The notes: a model not told the origin generated them from the letters alone. 64,000 bases of DNA from an uncultured Acidimicrobiaceae bacterium (GCA_963725895.1 CAVSAJ010000004.1:117244-181243); one strand, 5' to 3'; shown: positions 9,547-19,499, counted from the first letter of the stretch. Translations and numbers: made by a program.

Positions 9547-10936
9547 TCAGCCGCGAGCCGCCCACCAGTCCTTGAGGCGGGCGGTCGCCTCCTCCTCGCC
9601 GAGGGGGCCCTCATCGAGTCGTAGCTCCATCAAGAAGGCCAAGGCCTCCCCGACCGCACGACCGGGTCCGATGCCGAGGATCCCCATGACCTGGTTCCCG
9701 TCGAGGTCCGGGCGGAGCGCGGTCGAGCTCCTCCTGTTCGCGCAGCTCGGCGATGCGAGCGTCGAGCTCGTCCATACGCCGGGCCAGTGCTCGGGCCTTG
9801 GCGACGTTGCGCGTCGTGCAGTCGCAGCGCGTCAGCTCGTTGAGCAGGTCGAGGTAGGGCCCGGCGTCGCGCACGTAGCGCCGGACGGCCTTGTCCGTCC
9901 AGCCCAGGCGGTACGTGTGGAAGCGCAGGTGGAGCTCGACCAGTCGGACCACCGTGTCGGTGTCCGCGGCGGAGTAGTGCAGCGCCTCCATCCGCGCACG
10001 GGTCATCCGGGCGCCTACCACTTCGTGGTGATGGAAGGTCACGCCGCCGTCGGTGATGGCGCGCGTGCGCGGCTTGCCGACGTCGTGGAAGAGGGCGGCC
10101 AGACGCAACAGCCGCTGAGGCGACGTCTTGTCGACGACAGCGAGGGTGTGCGCCAACACGTCCTTGTGCCGGTGGATCGGATCCTGTTCGAGCGCGAGCT
10201 CCGGCAGCTCCGGCATGAACTCCGCGGCCAGCCCCGTCCGCACGACGAACCACAGTGCCGAGGAGGGCACGTCGAGCAGCAGCATCTTGTCGAGCTCGTC
10301 GCGAATGCGCTCGGCCGAGACGATTGAGAGCCGGCCGTGCATCCGCTCCACCGCAGCGGTGAGCGCCGGATCGGGTTCCAGATCGAAGCGCGCCGCGAAA
10401 CGTGCCGCCCGGAGCATGCGGAGCGGGTCGTCGCCAAAGGAGATCTCGGGGTCGAGCGGAGTGCGCAGCCGCCCCGCGGCCAGGTCGCCAAGCCCGTCGA
10501 AGGGGTCGATGAGCTCCATGTCGGGCAAGCGGAGGGCCAGCGCGTTGATCGTGAAGTCCCGGCGCGACAGGTCGACGGTGATGTCATCGCCGAAGATCAC
10601 CTCCGGCTTGCGCGACTCGGGAACGTAGACCTCGGCCCGGTGGGTCGTGATCTCGTACACCTGACCGTCCTTGCGGCAGCCGATCGTCCCGAAGCGCTTG
10701 CCCTGGGTCCACACTTCGTCAGCCCACTCTCGTACCAGACGCTCCGTCTCGTCCGGGAGAGCGTCTGTGGTGAGGTCGAGGTCCGTTGCGCCACCCGCGA
10801 CGCCGGGAAAGAGTGCGTCACGCACGGAACCACCGACCAAGTACAGCGTCCTTCCCGCCGCCGCGAACCGGCGCGCGAGATCCTCGGTTGCGTGCACATA
10901 GGGACGGAACCGTTCGGGAACCGAGGTGGACTGCAC
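9547..10936 (-). CDS. cca: CCA tRNA nucleotidyltransferase / poly(A) polymerase family (PcnA-like) with HD domain; apparent frameshift near 9714-9722
   Basis: LYLVGGSVRDAL, RRDFTINALA and HRHKDVLAHTL...LFHDVGKP motifs. The ORF as given ends at 9611 in an Arg/Gly-rich tail. The conserved C-terminus LRPDLDGNQVMGILGIGPGRAVGEALAFLMELRLDEGPL...KDWWAARG is readable in another frame, ending at TGA 9547-9549. Confidence 0.85.
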
Positions 10937-10970
10937 CCGCCTACGGTAGTGCGCCCTCTAGCCTCTCCCT

Positions 10971-13022
10971 GTGTCGACGCGCTGGGCCCGGGCCGCCCTC
11001 TGCACGCTCGCTGTGGCCACCGCCGCCTTCGCCGGCAGCCTCGCCGCTGGCGTTCCGGCACAGGCGCGCCAGGCACCGGCGTCGACCAACCCGGCAGGTC
11101 ACGGCCCACTGCTGACGCTCGTGTCGCAGACCCCGTGGATCACGCCCACCCAGCCCTGGTTCAACATCGCCCTGGGCGTGTCGGAGGCTGCCGGTGCCGT
11201 CAGCAGCCTCCACGTGAACCTGACCTTCTACGGGCGCCTCGACAACGGCTCCGAGTTGCAACAGGCGGAGAACGGGACGCCGACGACGAGCGTCCTACTG
11301 CATGACGACGACGTCCCCGTCGGTGTGGTCACCGGCGGCCTGACGGCCAGCGCGTGCGTCACCGTGCTCGCCGACGACAGCGCGTCCGCTCCCGCGGGCG
11401 GGCCGGGAGTGTGTCCAGCGGGCACACCTACGCTCGTCTTGGGCTGCACCCCTGATTACGGAGAGTGCCCTGACGTCTATCCGGTGACCGTCTCGCTGGT
11501 ACGCCAGGGGTCCTCGAGCTCGCTCGAGCACTTCACGACGTTCCTCACCTACGACGAGCCCGAGGGCCCCCAGGGTGCCACCGGCTCGTTGCGGGTCGGG
11601 CTCGTGGTGCCGGTCGGGCAAGGAGGGCTGGCTTCGATGGCCACCGCGCTGGCGACCCATCGCGACGTCGCGACGACGCTGGCCGTCAGCCCGGTGGCGG
11701 TCGACGAGGCCGAACAGGTCCACGACCGCGCCGACGCGCGCGCCCTCGGCCAGCTCGATGCGCTGGCGGGCGACGAGGTGCTGGGCGCCTCCTATGTGCC
11801 GGTCAATCTCGCCGCGCTCGCAGAGGCCAACCTCACCGGTGAGATCGGGGCGCAGATCGCCCGCGGCGACGAGCTGCTGCGCAGCGCGGGCCTCAAGCCG
11901 GTCGACGGACCCTGGGTCGACGTCACGTCCTCGTTCAGCGACGGCGACGGTGCCGACCTGGCCGGCGGGCTCCAGACCGCCGGCGCGCAGCAACTGGTGC
12001 TGAGCGACGGCGACCTGGCCACCGGCGGCGTCAGCAACTACACCTTCGCCCAGCCCTTCACGCTTGACCTCGGGCACGGGTCGACGGTCCAAGCCGCCGC
12101 CATCGACTCCTCACTCAGCGCTCGCTTCACCGCGTACCCGGGCAACCCCGTGCTCGCGGCCGAGCAACTGCTGGCCGGGGTCGGCTTCGTCCACTTCGAG
12201 AACGCGTTCCTGACAGAACCCCGCGGGGTGGTCATCGCGCCGCCAGCCAACTGGCAGCCGTCGGCCTCCTTCATGGAGGCGCTCCTCGCCGGCCTCCAGA
12301 GCAACCCGTACCTCAGCGCCGTCACGCTGAACCAGCTCTTCGACCAGGTCCCCGTGGGCGGGAACCGCGAGCCATCGGTGCGGCGGCTGCAGTCCGGCCC
12401 AGCCGAACGCGGCATCGGCCACAACGCCGCCGACAAGATCGCGTTGGCCCGCGAACAACTCGCCTCATTCAGCAAGGCGGTGCACGGCAGTCCACCCGAG
12501 ATGACGGTGCTCGGCGACTCGCTGCTCACGACCGAGGCGAGCGGGCTCACCGCGAGCAGGCGCGCCGCCGCGCTGAGCGCGTACGACAAGACCTTCGCGG
12601 GCGCGACAGACAAGATCACCCTCGCCACGGAAGGAACGGTCACGTTCACCGCGCAACGCGCCGCCATCCCCGTCACCGTGCTGTCGGCCGCGCCGTATCC
12701 GGTCACCGTGATCGTCACCTTGGCCAGCGACAAGTTCACCTTCCCCGACGGCAACACCCGTCTCTTGACGCTCGACCGCCCGACCACCTCGGTGCGCATC
12801 ACCGCCCAGGCCCGCACCTCGGGGGACCGCCTACCCATCGATGTGACCCTGCAGACCCCGAACGGCCAACTCACCCTGGCCCACGCCGTGCTCACCGTGC
12901 ACTCGACCTCGATCTCCTTCGCCGGCGTGGCCCTCACCGTGCTGGCTGGAGCGGTGTTGTTGGTGTGGTGGCTGCGGACGTGGCGACGGTCACGGCGCCT
13001 GCGTCCGAAGGCGCAGCACTGA
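10971..13022 (+). CDS. Large secreted, C-terminally anchored protein, Rv3909-like (DUF6049-type) partner of MurJ
   Basis: Signal peptide MSTRWARAALCTLAVATAAFAGSLAAGVPAQA, C-terminal TM FAGVALTVLAGAVLLVWWL followed by RTWRRSRR. Position is immediately upstream of murJ, as in Mtb. Confidence 0.6.
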   Translation: MSTRWARAALCTLAVATAAFAGSLAAGVPAQARQAPASTNPAGHGPLLTLVSQTPWITPTQPWFNIALGVSEAAGAVSSLHVNLTFYGRLDNGSELQQAENGTPTTSVLLHDDDVPVGVVTGGLTASACVTVLADDSASAPAGGPGVCPAGTPTLVLGCTPDYGECPDVYPVTVSLVRQGSSSSLEHFTTFLTYDEPEGPQGATGSLRVGLVVPVGQGGLASMATALATHRDVATTLAVSPVAVDEAEQVHDRADARALGQLDALAGDEVLGASYVPVNLAALAEANLTGEIGAQIARGDELLRSAGLKPVDGPWVDVTSSFSDGDGADLAGGLQTAGAQQLVLSDGDLATGGVSNYTFAQPFTLDLGHGSTVQAAAIDSSLSARFTAYPGNPVLAAEQLLAGVGFVHFENAFLTEPRGVVIAPPANWQPSASFMEALLAGLQSNPYLSAVTLNQLFDQVPVGGNREPSVRRLQSGPAERGIGHNAADKIALAREQLASFSKAVHGSPPEMTVLGDSLLTTEASGLTASRRAAALSAYDKTFAGATDKITLATEGTVTFTAQRAAIPVTVLSAAPYPVTVIVTLASDKFTFPDGNTRLLTLDRPTTSVRITAQARTSGDRLPIDVTLQTPNGQLTLAHAVLTVHSTSISFAGVALTVLAGAVLLVWWLRTWRRSRRLRPKAQH

Positions 13023-14734
13023 TCGTGGCACCGCCCCGCCGCGCCCGTGCGCTCCCCTTGCGGACCTCGGCCGTCTACGTCGCCGCCGGTACCGCTGTCT
13101 CGCGCGTCACCGGACTCCTCCGCTTCGTGGCGTTGGCGTGGGCCCTCGGGCAGACCCTGCTGGCCGACTCCTACAACCTGGCCAACAACACGCCCAACAT
13201 GCTCTACGACGTCGTCTTGGGTGGCGTCCTCTCCGCCACCTTCATCCCGGTCTTCGTGGACCGGCTGGCCAACAAGGACGAGAACGAGGCCTTCGAATCG
13301 ATCTCCGCCGTCATCACCGTCTCGGTCGGGGTCCTGGTCGTCATGACGCTCGCGGCACTCGTGGCCGCGCCCTATTTCATCGACGCCCTGACCGCGCTTG
13401 ACACCCACGCGCACGCGGGGCACGTCCACCAGGTCGACGCCGAACGGCAGGTGGCCACGACCCTGCTGCGCTGGTTCGTGATCCAGATCGCGGCGTACGG
13501 GCTCTTCGCCCTGGGCGCTGCACTGCTCAACACGCGGCGGCGCTTCGTCGCCGTCGCCTGGGCGCCGATCGTCAACAACGTGGTGTGCATCGGCATCCTG
13601 ATCTGGTTCGGGCTGTGGGCCGGCCACGGGGCCTCGCTCGCCAGCGTCGAGGCACACCACACCCAGCTGGTCCTGCTCGGGCTCGGCACCTCACTCGGCG
13701 TCGTGCTCCAGGGGGTCGCGTTGATCCCCAGCCTGCGAAACGCCGACCTCAAGCTGGTGCGCTGGCACTGGAATCCGCGCGACGACGCCCTGCGCGCCGT
13801 GGTGCGGCTCGGAGGTTGGACGTTCGGCTTCGTGCTGGCCAACCAGGTCGCGCTCTTCGTCGTCACCGTGCTGGCGGGCAGCGTCGCGGGCCCCGACCCG
13901 GTCTCGTCATACACCTACGCCTACGCCTTCTTCCAGCTCCCTTACGGCGTGATCGCGGTGACCGTCATGTCGGTCGTGACACCGGACCTTTCCCAGAAAT
14001 GGTTCACCGGGCAGCAGACGGCCTTCTTGCACCGGATGACCGGCGGGCTACGCGCCGTCCTTGCGCTCATCATCCCGTCGGCCGTGGGGATGCTCCTGCT
14101 GGCCAAGCCGGCCGTCGCGCTCTTGCTCGGCAACGGTCACAGCACCCCGGCGCAGACGGCCACGACGGGCGCCGCGCTGGCCATGTTCGCCCTCGGCCTG
14201 CCGGGCTTCTGCACCTACCTCTACTTCGTGCGCGTCCTCCAATCCATGCAGCGCACCAAGGTGGCCTTCTTCTTGTACCTCGTCGAGAACGCGCTCAACA
14301 TCGTCCTCGCGCTGGCGCTCGTGCACCCCCTCGGCGTCCGCGGTCTCGCGCTCAGCCTCTCCATCGCGTACAGCGTCGCGGCCCTGCTCGCCCTGGCCGT
14401 CTTCCACCAGTGGTTCGGACGGCTGGCCGACCGTGACGCCTGGGCGCCGTTGTGGCGCGTCGTCGTCGCCACTGTCCCGATGGCCGTCGTCGTCCTGGTG
14501 GTCTCCAATCTCTCGGGCTCGACCACCGTCCCCGGCCTGGTCGCGCGCGTCCTCGGCGCAGTGGTCGCCGGTGGGCTCACGTTCGGCGCCGTCATCGTCT
14601 TGTTGGGCCGCCGCCACGACGCCCGTCGCCCGCCTCCCGCGCCGCCCGGGCCTCCTCCGCCCCCGAGACCGTCGACCCCCTTGGCCCCCGCCGTGCGGCG
14701 GGTAAGCCCGCTCGGCACGCCGCGGGGTGCCTGA
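12965..14734 (+). CDS. murJ: Lipid II flippase MurJ (MviN)
   Basis: VSRVTGLLRFVALAWALG...DSYNLANNTPNMLYDVVLGGVLSATFIPVF is the MurJ N-terminal signature. Polytopic, with a Pro-rich tail. An alternative GTG start lies at 13025. Confidence 0.85.
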   Translation: MVAADVATVTAPASEGAALIVAPPRRARALPLRTSAVYVAAGTAVSRVTGLLRFVALAWALGQTLLADSYNLANNTPNMLYDVVLGGVLSATFIPVFVDRLANKDENEAFESISAVITVSVGVLVVMTLAALVAAPYFIDALTALDTHAHAGHVHQVDAERQVATTLLRWFVIQIAAYGLFALGAALLNTRRRFVAVAWAPIVNNVVCIGILIWFGLWAGHGASLASVEAHHTQLVLLGLGTSLGVVLQGVALIPSLRNADLKLVRWHWNPRDDALRAVVRLGGWTFGFVLANQVALFVVTVLAGSVAGPDPVSSYTYAYAFFQLPYGVIAVTVMSVVTPDLSQKWFTGQQTAFLHRMTGGLRAVLALIIPSAVGMLLLAKPAVALLLGNGHSTPAQTATTGAALAMFALGLPGFCTYLYFVRVLQSMQRTKVAFFLYLVENALNIVLALALVHPLGVRGLALSLSIAYSVAALLALAVFHQWFGRLADRDAWAPLWRVVVATVPMAVVVLVVSNLSGSTTVPGLVARVLGAVVAGGLTFGAVIVLLGRRHDARRPPPAPPGPPPPPRPSTPLAPAVRRVSPLGTPRGA

Positions 14735-14782
14735 GCAGGCCACGTGCCGTCCTCGCGCGGCGCCCCGTGGCAGACTCGCTGA

Positions 14783-15643
14783 ATGCCCGGTGTCCACATC
14801 GTGACCGACAGCGCCTGCGACCTGACCGAGCAGCTGGTGAAGGAGCACAACGTCATCGTCGTGCCGCTCATGATCCGCTTCGGCGCCGAAGAGCTCGAGG
14901 ACCGGCGCCAGCTCAGCCCCGAGGAGTTCTGGGACCGCTGCCGCGGCAAGGGCGACCTGCCCGAGACCGCTGCGCCCTCCCCGGGTGCCTTCCAGGCCGC
15001 GTTCGCGCAGGCCGGCGACGAGGGCGCCGAGGCCGTGCTGTGCCTGACCATCTCCTCGAAGGTCTCGGGGACCTACAGCTCGGCGACGGCCGCGGCGGCA
15101 AGCTTCTCGGGCGTACCCGTCAAGGTGATCGACACCTTCAGCCTCACGATGGGCCAGGGCCTGCTGGTGATCGCCGCCGCCGAGGACGCCGCCGCCGGTG
15201 CCGGCCTCGACGAGCTCGTCGCCGCCACCGAGGACAGGATCCCCCGCACGCGCATCTACGGCGTGCTCGGCGGGCTCGAGCACCTCCAGCGGGGCGGGCG
15301 CATCGGCGGCGCGCGGGCCGCGGTCGGGTCTTTGCTGAACATCAAGCCGGTCATCCAGCTGAAGGACGGCGAGGTAGCCGAGGAGTCCAAGCAGCGCACC
15401 CGGGCGCGCGCGTTGGCCTACCTGGTCGACAAGGTCAAGGCCGACGCGCCGACGGAGCGCATCGCCGTGGCCGACGGAGCCTGCGACGACTTTCCTCAGG
15501 TACTCGCCGCGCTCGGCGATATCCCCACCGAGCACCCCCTCCTCGCGGTGGACCTCGGGCCCGTTGTCGGAACCCACGCCGGGCCCAATACGGTGGGCGT
15601 CTGCTACATCGTCCCTGCCAGGGCGGACGGCGACGCCGGGTAG
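14783..15643 (+). CDS. DegV family fatty-acid-binding protein
   Basis: VHIVTDSACDL, TAAPSPGAF, ISSKVSGTYSSA and LEHLQRGGRIG are typical DegV motifs. Confidence 0.85.
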   Translation: MPGVHIVTDSACDLTEQLVKEHNVIVVPLMIRFGAEELEDRRQLSPEEFWDRCRGKGDLPETAAPSPGAFQAAFAQAGDEGAEAVLCLTISSKVSGTYSSATAAAASFSGVPVKVIDTFSLTMGQGLLVIAAAEDAAAGAGLDELVAATEDRIPRTRIYGVLGGLEHLQRGGRIGGARAAVGSLLNIKPVIQLKDGEVAEESKQRTRARALAYLVDKVKADAPTERIAVADGACDDFPQVLAALGDIPTEHPLLAVDLGPVVGTHAGPNTVGVCYIVPARADGDAG

Positions 15644-15652
15644 TCTCCCCCC

Positions 15653-15955
15653 GTGGCCGAGAACGACATTTCCGACGCGCTGTCCGAGCGTGCACTCGAC
15701 GCGGTCGACACCGTCGTCGCCTCGGTCAACGACAAGGCCATCCGCCCGGCCATCGTCGCCGCCCGCAGCGTCGTCTTCGGAGTGATCATCGCCGTCATCG
15801 GCATCGCCACAGTCGTGGTCTTCTGCGTCGGCTTCATCCGGCTGACCACCATCGCCGGGCATCGCATCTGGGCCTCGTACATCGTGCTCGGCCTCATATT
15901 CAGCGCGATCGGCGCCGTTCTCTACGCGCGCCGCGGCCTTCCGCCCGATGCCTGA
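15653..15955 (+). CDS. Small membrane protein (2 predicted TM segments), unknown function
   Basis: GTG start; two hydrophobic stretches [23 protein letters not shown] and [18 protein letters not shown]. It overlaps the trxB start by 8 nt. Confidence 0.5.
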   Translation: MAENDISDALSERALDAVDTVVASVNDKAIRPAIVAARSVVFGVIIAVIGIATVVVFCVGFIRLTTIAGHRIWASYIVLGLIFSAIGAVLYARRGLPPDA

Positions 15956-16910
15956 GCGGCGCACGGTCGTCATCATCGGGAGCGGGCCGGCCGGCCTCAC
16001 GGCCGCCCTCTACACCGCGCGTGCGCAGCTGAAGCCCCTGGTCATCGAGGGTGAGCCCTCCTCGACGAGCGACCAGCCGGGCGGGCAGCTGATGCTCACC
16101 ACCGACGTCGAGAACTACCCGGGCTTCGTCGACGGGATCATGGGCCCCGAGCTGATGGGCATGATGCGCGCCCAGGCCCTGCGCTTTGACGCCGAACTGC
16201 GCACGGCCAAGGTGAGCCGCATCGACGTGACCCCCTGGCCCTTCGAGGTCTGGGTGGGCGACCCCGCCGCCCCGGAGCCCACCGTGCTCGCCGACACGCT
16301 CATCGTCGCGACCGGCGCGCGCTCGCTCATGCTCGGGGTCCCCAACGAGGACCGGCTCCTCGGCTACGGCGTGTCGACCTGCGCGACCTGCGACGGCTTC
16401 TTCTTCCGGGACCACCACATCGCGGTGGCCGGTGGCGGCGACTCGGCCATGGAAGAGGCCATCTTCCTCGCCCGCTTCGGCTCCAAGGTCACGGTCATCC
16501 ACCGCCGTGACGAGCTGCGCGCGTCGAAGATCATGCAAGACCGCGCGTTCGCCAACGAGAAGATCGGGTTCAAGTGGAACTCGACGGTCACCGACATCCT
16601 CGGCGACACCAAGGTCTCGGGCCTCCGCCTGCGTGACACCATCACCGGCGAGGAGTCAGAGCTCGATGCGACGGGCCTCTTCGTCGCCATCGGCCACGAG
16701 CCCAACTCCTCCCTGCTCAAGGGCCAGCTCGAGCTCGAGGACAACGGCTACGTCCGCACGTTCGACGGCACGACCAGGACCAGCGTGGACGGCGTCTTCG
16801 CCTGCGGCGACGTGCAGGACCACTACTACCGCCAGGCGGTCACCTCGGCCGGCTCGGGCTGCATGGCCGCCATCGATGCCGAGCGCTGGCTCGAGACCAT
16901 GGGCGAGTAG
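15948..16910 (+). CDS. trxB: Thioredoxin-disulfide reductase
   Basis: [19 protein letters not shown] site, redox CATCDGFF, and [15 protein letters not shown] site. Confidence 0.95.
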   Translation: MPERRTVVIIGSGPAGLTAALYTARAQLKPLVIEGEPSSTSDQPGGQLMLTTDVENYPGFVDGIMGPELMGMMRAQALRFDAELRTAKVSRIDVTPWPFEVWVGDPAAPEPTVLADTLIVATGARSLMLGVPNEDRLLGYGVSTCATCDGFFFRDHHIAVAGGGDSAMEEAIFLARFGSKVTVIHRRDELRASKIMQDRAFANEKIGFKWNSTVTDILGDTKVSGLRLRDTITGEESELDATGLFVAIGHEPNSSLLKGQLELEDNGYVRTFDGTTRTSVDGVFACGDVQDHYYRQAVTSAGSGCMAAIDAERWLETMGE

Positions 16911-16962
16911 GCGGGAACAGAACCGTGTGGTGCGGCGTTGCACAGCCTGACAAGGAGATGCC

Positions 16963-17289
16963 ATGAGCGACAAGATCGAGGCCCTGACCGACGCGACGTT
17001 CGACGAGCAGGTCAAGAGTTCTGAGGTACCGGTATTGGTAGACTTCTGGGCCGAGTGGTGCGGCCCATGCAAGATGATCTCCCCGGTGTTGGAAGAGATC
17101 GCGGAGGAGCAGGCGGGCAAGATCCGGATCGTCAAGCTCAACATCGACGACAACCTCGACGTGACGCGCCGCTTCGACGTGATGAGCATCCCGACCTTGA
17201 TTCTGTTCAAGGACGGCGAGCCCCAGGTACGCCTGATCGGGGCGAAACCCAAGGGCGCGCTGCTCGAGGAGATCTCGGCCTACCTGTAG
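16963..17289 (+). CDS. trxA: Thioredoxin
   Basis: VLVDFWAEWCGPCKMISP active site, 108 aa. Confidence 0.95.
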   Translation: MSDKIEALTDATFDEQVKSSEVPVLVDFWAEWCGPCKMISPVLEEIAEEQAGKIRIVKLNIDDNLDVTRRFDVMSIPTLILFKDGEPQVRLIGAKPKGALLEEISAYL

Positions 17290-17291
17290 GC

Positions 17292-18263
17292 CTGCCCCTC
17301 GTCATCTGGGACCGTGGTCCGGCGGTCGCCGACGTCCAGCATCGTCTGAGCGCCGTCCTCGGCACCCCCGTCTTGGCCGACGCGCTGTTCGGCCCGGCCA
17401 CCCGGGCGGCCGTCGAGGCCTTCCAACGCCTGCGGGGTCTGCGCGTGGACGGGGTGTGCGGTCCGCAGACCTGGAATACCCTGGTCGAGGCCGGTTTTCG
17501 GCTCGGTGACCGCTTCTTGTACCGCCGGACTCCCATGCTGCGGGGTGACGACGTCGCTGAGCTGCAACAGCGCCTGTGCAGCCTGGGCTTCGACACCGAG
17601 CGCGTGGACGGCATCTTCGGTGACGCCACGTCGCGCGCGCTCGGCGAGTTCCAGCGCAACGCCGGACTCCCCGTCGACGGCATCGTCGGCGGCGCGACCC
17701 TCCACGAGTTGGTCCGCCTCGGAAGCCGCCACCCTGAGTCGGAGGAGCTGGTCTCTTCGGTGCGGGCCCGTGCCGCGCTGCGTGACACGCCACGCAGCCT
17801 CCGCGGCCGCCACATCGCGGTCGGCGAGGGCGGCGGCCTCGGCAGCGTGGCCGGCGCGTTGCGTCGCCGCCTCACCCTGAGCGGGATCCAGGTGAGCGAG
17901 CTGCACCACCCTGACGATGCGGTGCAGGCCAAGGAGGCCAACGAGCTCGATGTCGACGTGTTCGTCGGGCTGCGTCTCAACCCCACCCTCTCGGCGTGCA
18001 CCACCGCCTACTGGTCGGGCACTCACGACGAGTCACCCGGCGGACGGCGACTGGCCGAGCTCGTGCAGTCGGTCGTACCGGTCGCGCTGGGCATCGACGA
18101 CGCCGGCGTGCGCGGCATGTCGTTGCCGATCCTGCGCGAGACCCGCATGCCGGCCGTGGTGGTCGAGGTTGGCCCCGCGAGCGCCGTGGTAGAGCGAGCC
18201 ACCACGCTGGCCAGTGCGCTGGCCGAGGCGCTGGGGCGCTGGGCCGACGCCTCCTGGGATTGA
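17292..18263 (+). CDS. cwlM: CwlM-like protein: two PG_binding_1 repeats plus a degenerate amidase_3 (N-acetylmuramoyl-L-alanine amidase) domain; start codon unresolved
   Basis: DRGPAVADVQHRLSAVLG...LFGPATRAAVEAFQRLRGLRVDGVCGPQTW and GDDVAELQQRLCSLGF...IFGDATSRALGEFQRNAGLPVDGIVG are two PG-binding repeats. The amidase-like C-terminus has EGGG where active enzymes carry GHGG. It sits directly after trxA, as Mtb Rv3915 does. No in-frame ATG/GTG/TTG occurs between 17067 and 17373. Confidence 0.75.
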   Translation: MPLVIWDRGPAVADVQHRLSAVLGTPVLADALFGPATRAAVEAFQRLRGLRVDGVCGPQTWNTLVEAGFRLGDRFLYRRTPMLRGDDVAELQQRLCSLGFDTERVDGIFGDATSRALGEFQRNAGLPVDGIVGGATLHELVRLGSRHPESEELVSSVRARAALRDTPRSLRGRHIAVGEGGGLGSVAGALRRRLTLSGIQVSELHHPDDAVQAKEANELDVDVFVGLRLNPTLSACTTAYWSGTHDESPGGRRLAELVQSVVPVALGIDDAGVRGMSLPILRETRMPAVVVEVGPASAVVERATTLASALAEALGRWADASWD

Positions 18264-18305
18264 TCGGGCCGACGTCGTCTCGCGGTCGATTCCGCCACGG
18301 CGCCA

Positions 18306-18349
18306 GGATGCACAACGGACCGACAACGGATGCACAACGCACTGACAAC
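18306..18349. repeat. Two tandem 22-bp units GGATGCACAACG(G/C)AC(C/T)GACAAC
   Basis: Units 18306-18327 and 18328-18349 are identical at 20/22 positions. They lie in the 285-bp non-coding gap between convergent cwlM and parB. Confidence 0.7.
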
Positions 18350-18487
18350 TGGACTGCAGCGCGATTACCAGTAATTACTTTGCGACCGTGAGGACCCGTG
18401 CGATCCACCGTGCCGGGCGTGTGGCATCGCCGTGACGGCGAGCGACGGTTACGCGATCAAAGCTTCCTGCGGGTGAACGAAGTGACA

Positions 18488-18516
18488 ATCCACAACGTCA
18501 TGCACAGGTTGTGGAT
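18488..18516. repeat. 9-bp perfect inverted repeat ATCCACAAC / GTTGTGGAT (11-nt spacer), each arm DnaA-box-like
   Basis: Seen directly. TGTGGATGA (18510-18518) is the complement of TCATCCACA, matching TTATCCACA at 8/9. It lies 33 bp from the parB stop. Confidence 0.6.
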
Positions 18517-18548
18517 GAAGCTGAACAGACCCTTGACAGTTGCGTGAA

Positions 18549-19499
18549 CTACGCGACGCCTCCGTCACCGACCATGGCGCGATAGATCCGCTCGAGGTCC
18601 TCGAGGGTGGCGAACTCGACCACCAGACGACCTCGCCGATTCTGGATATCGATCTTGACCCTCGTGTTCAGGTAGGTCGAGAGGAGCTCTTCCAGTTCGA
18701 GGACACCGGGCTCGGGGAGCTTTCGCGGGGGCGAACGCCGGGTCGTCGCGTCGGCCGGGCCTGCGGCTGAACCCGAGATTGGAGAGACGTCGGTCGGCTC
18801 CGGTTCGTCGGGTACGACCCGCAACTCAGTGCCGCCGTTGCGAACCAACTCCTCGACCGCGCGCACCGTCAACCCCTCTGAGACGATCCGTCCGACGAGC
18901 CGCTCTTGGAGAGTCCGGTCCGGCGTGCCCAACAGGGCCCTGGCATGCCCGGCGGAGATGGACCCCTCGGCGAGGGCCTGCTGGGCCCCTGCGGGCAGCT
19001 GCAGCAGACGCAGGGTGTTCGTCACGGTGGCCCGACCCTTGCCCATGCGGCTGGCCACCCGCTCGTGGGTCAGACCGAACTCGTCGATGAGCTGCTGGTA
19101 GGCGGCGGCCTCCTCGAGGGCGTTGAGATCGACCCGGTGCAGGTTCTCCACCAGCGCCTGCTCCAGGGTCCCCACGTCGTCGGCCACCTGCACCAGGACG
19201 GGAATCGTCTGAAGACCGGCCCGGCGCGCTGCCCGCCAGCGTCGCTCCCCTGCGATGAGCTCGTAGCTCTCTGACTCGTCCTGCAGCTCGCGTACCAGGA
19301 CGGGCTGAAGCAGGCCCACCGCCTTGATGGACGCTGCCAGCGAAGCCATCGACTCCTCGTCGAAGTGGCTACGGGGCTGGAACGCGTTGGGGCGAATGTG
19401 CGAGATCGGGACCGCCCTGAGGGCAGAGTCCGACTCCCCCACCACCTCGCCCGGAATGAGGGCGCTCAGCCCCTTACCGAGTCCGCTGCGGCGCGCCAT
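18549..19499 (-). CDS. parB: Chromosome partitioning protein ParB
   Basis: GLGKGLSALIP, IRPNAFQPR, ELIAGERRWRAA and HTH LTHERVASRMGKGRATVTNTLRLL. Confidence 0.95.
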   Translation of the reverse strand: MARRSGLGKGLSALIPGEVVGESDSALRAVPISHIRPNAFQPRSHFDEESMASLAASIKAVGLLQPVLVRELQDESESYELIAGERRWRAARRAGLQTIPVLVQVADDVGTLEQALVENLHRVDLNALEEAAAYQQLIDEFGLTHERVASRMGKGRATVTNTLRLLQLPAGAQQALAEGSISAGHARALLGTPDRTLQERLVGRIVSEGLTVRAVEELVRNGGTELRVVPDEPEPTDVSPISGSAAGPADATTRRSPPRKLPEPGVLELEELLSTYLNTRVKIDIQNRRGRLVVEFATLEDLERIYRAMVGDGGVA

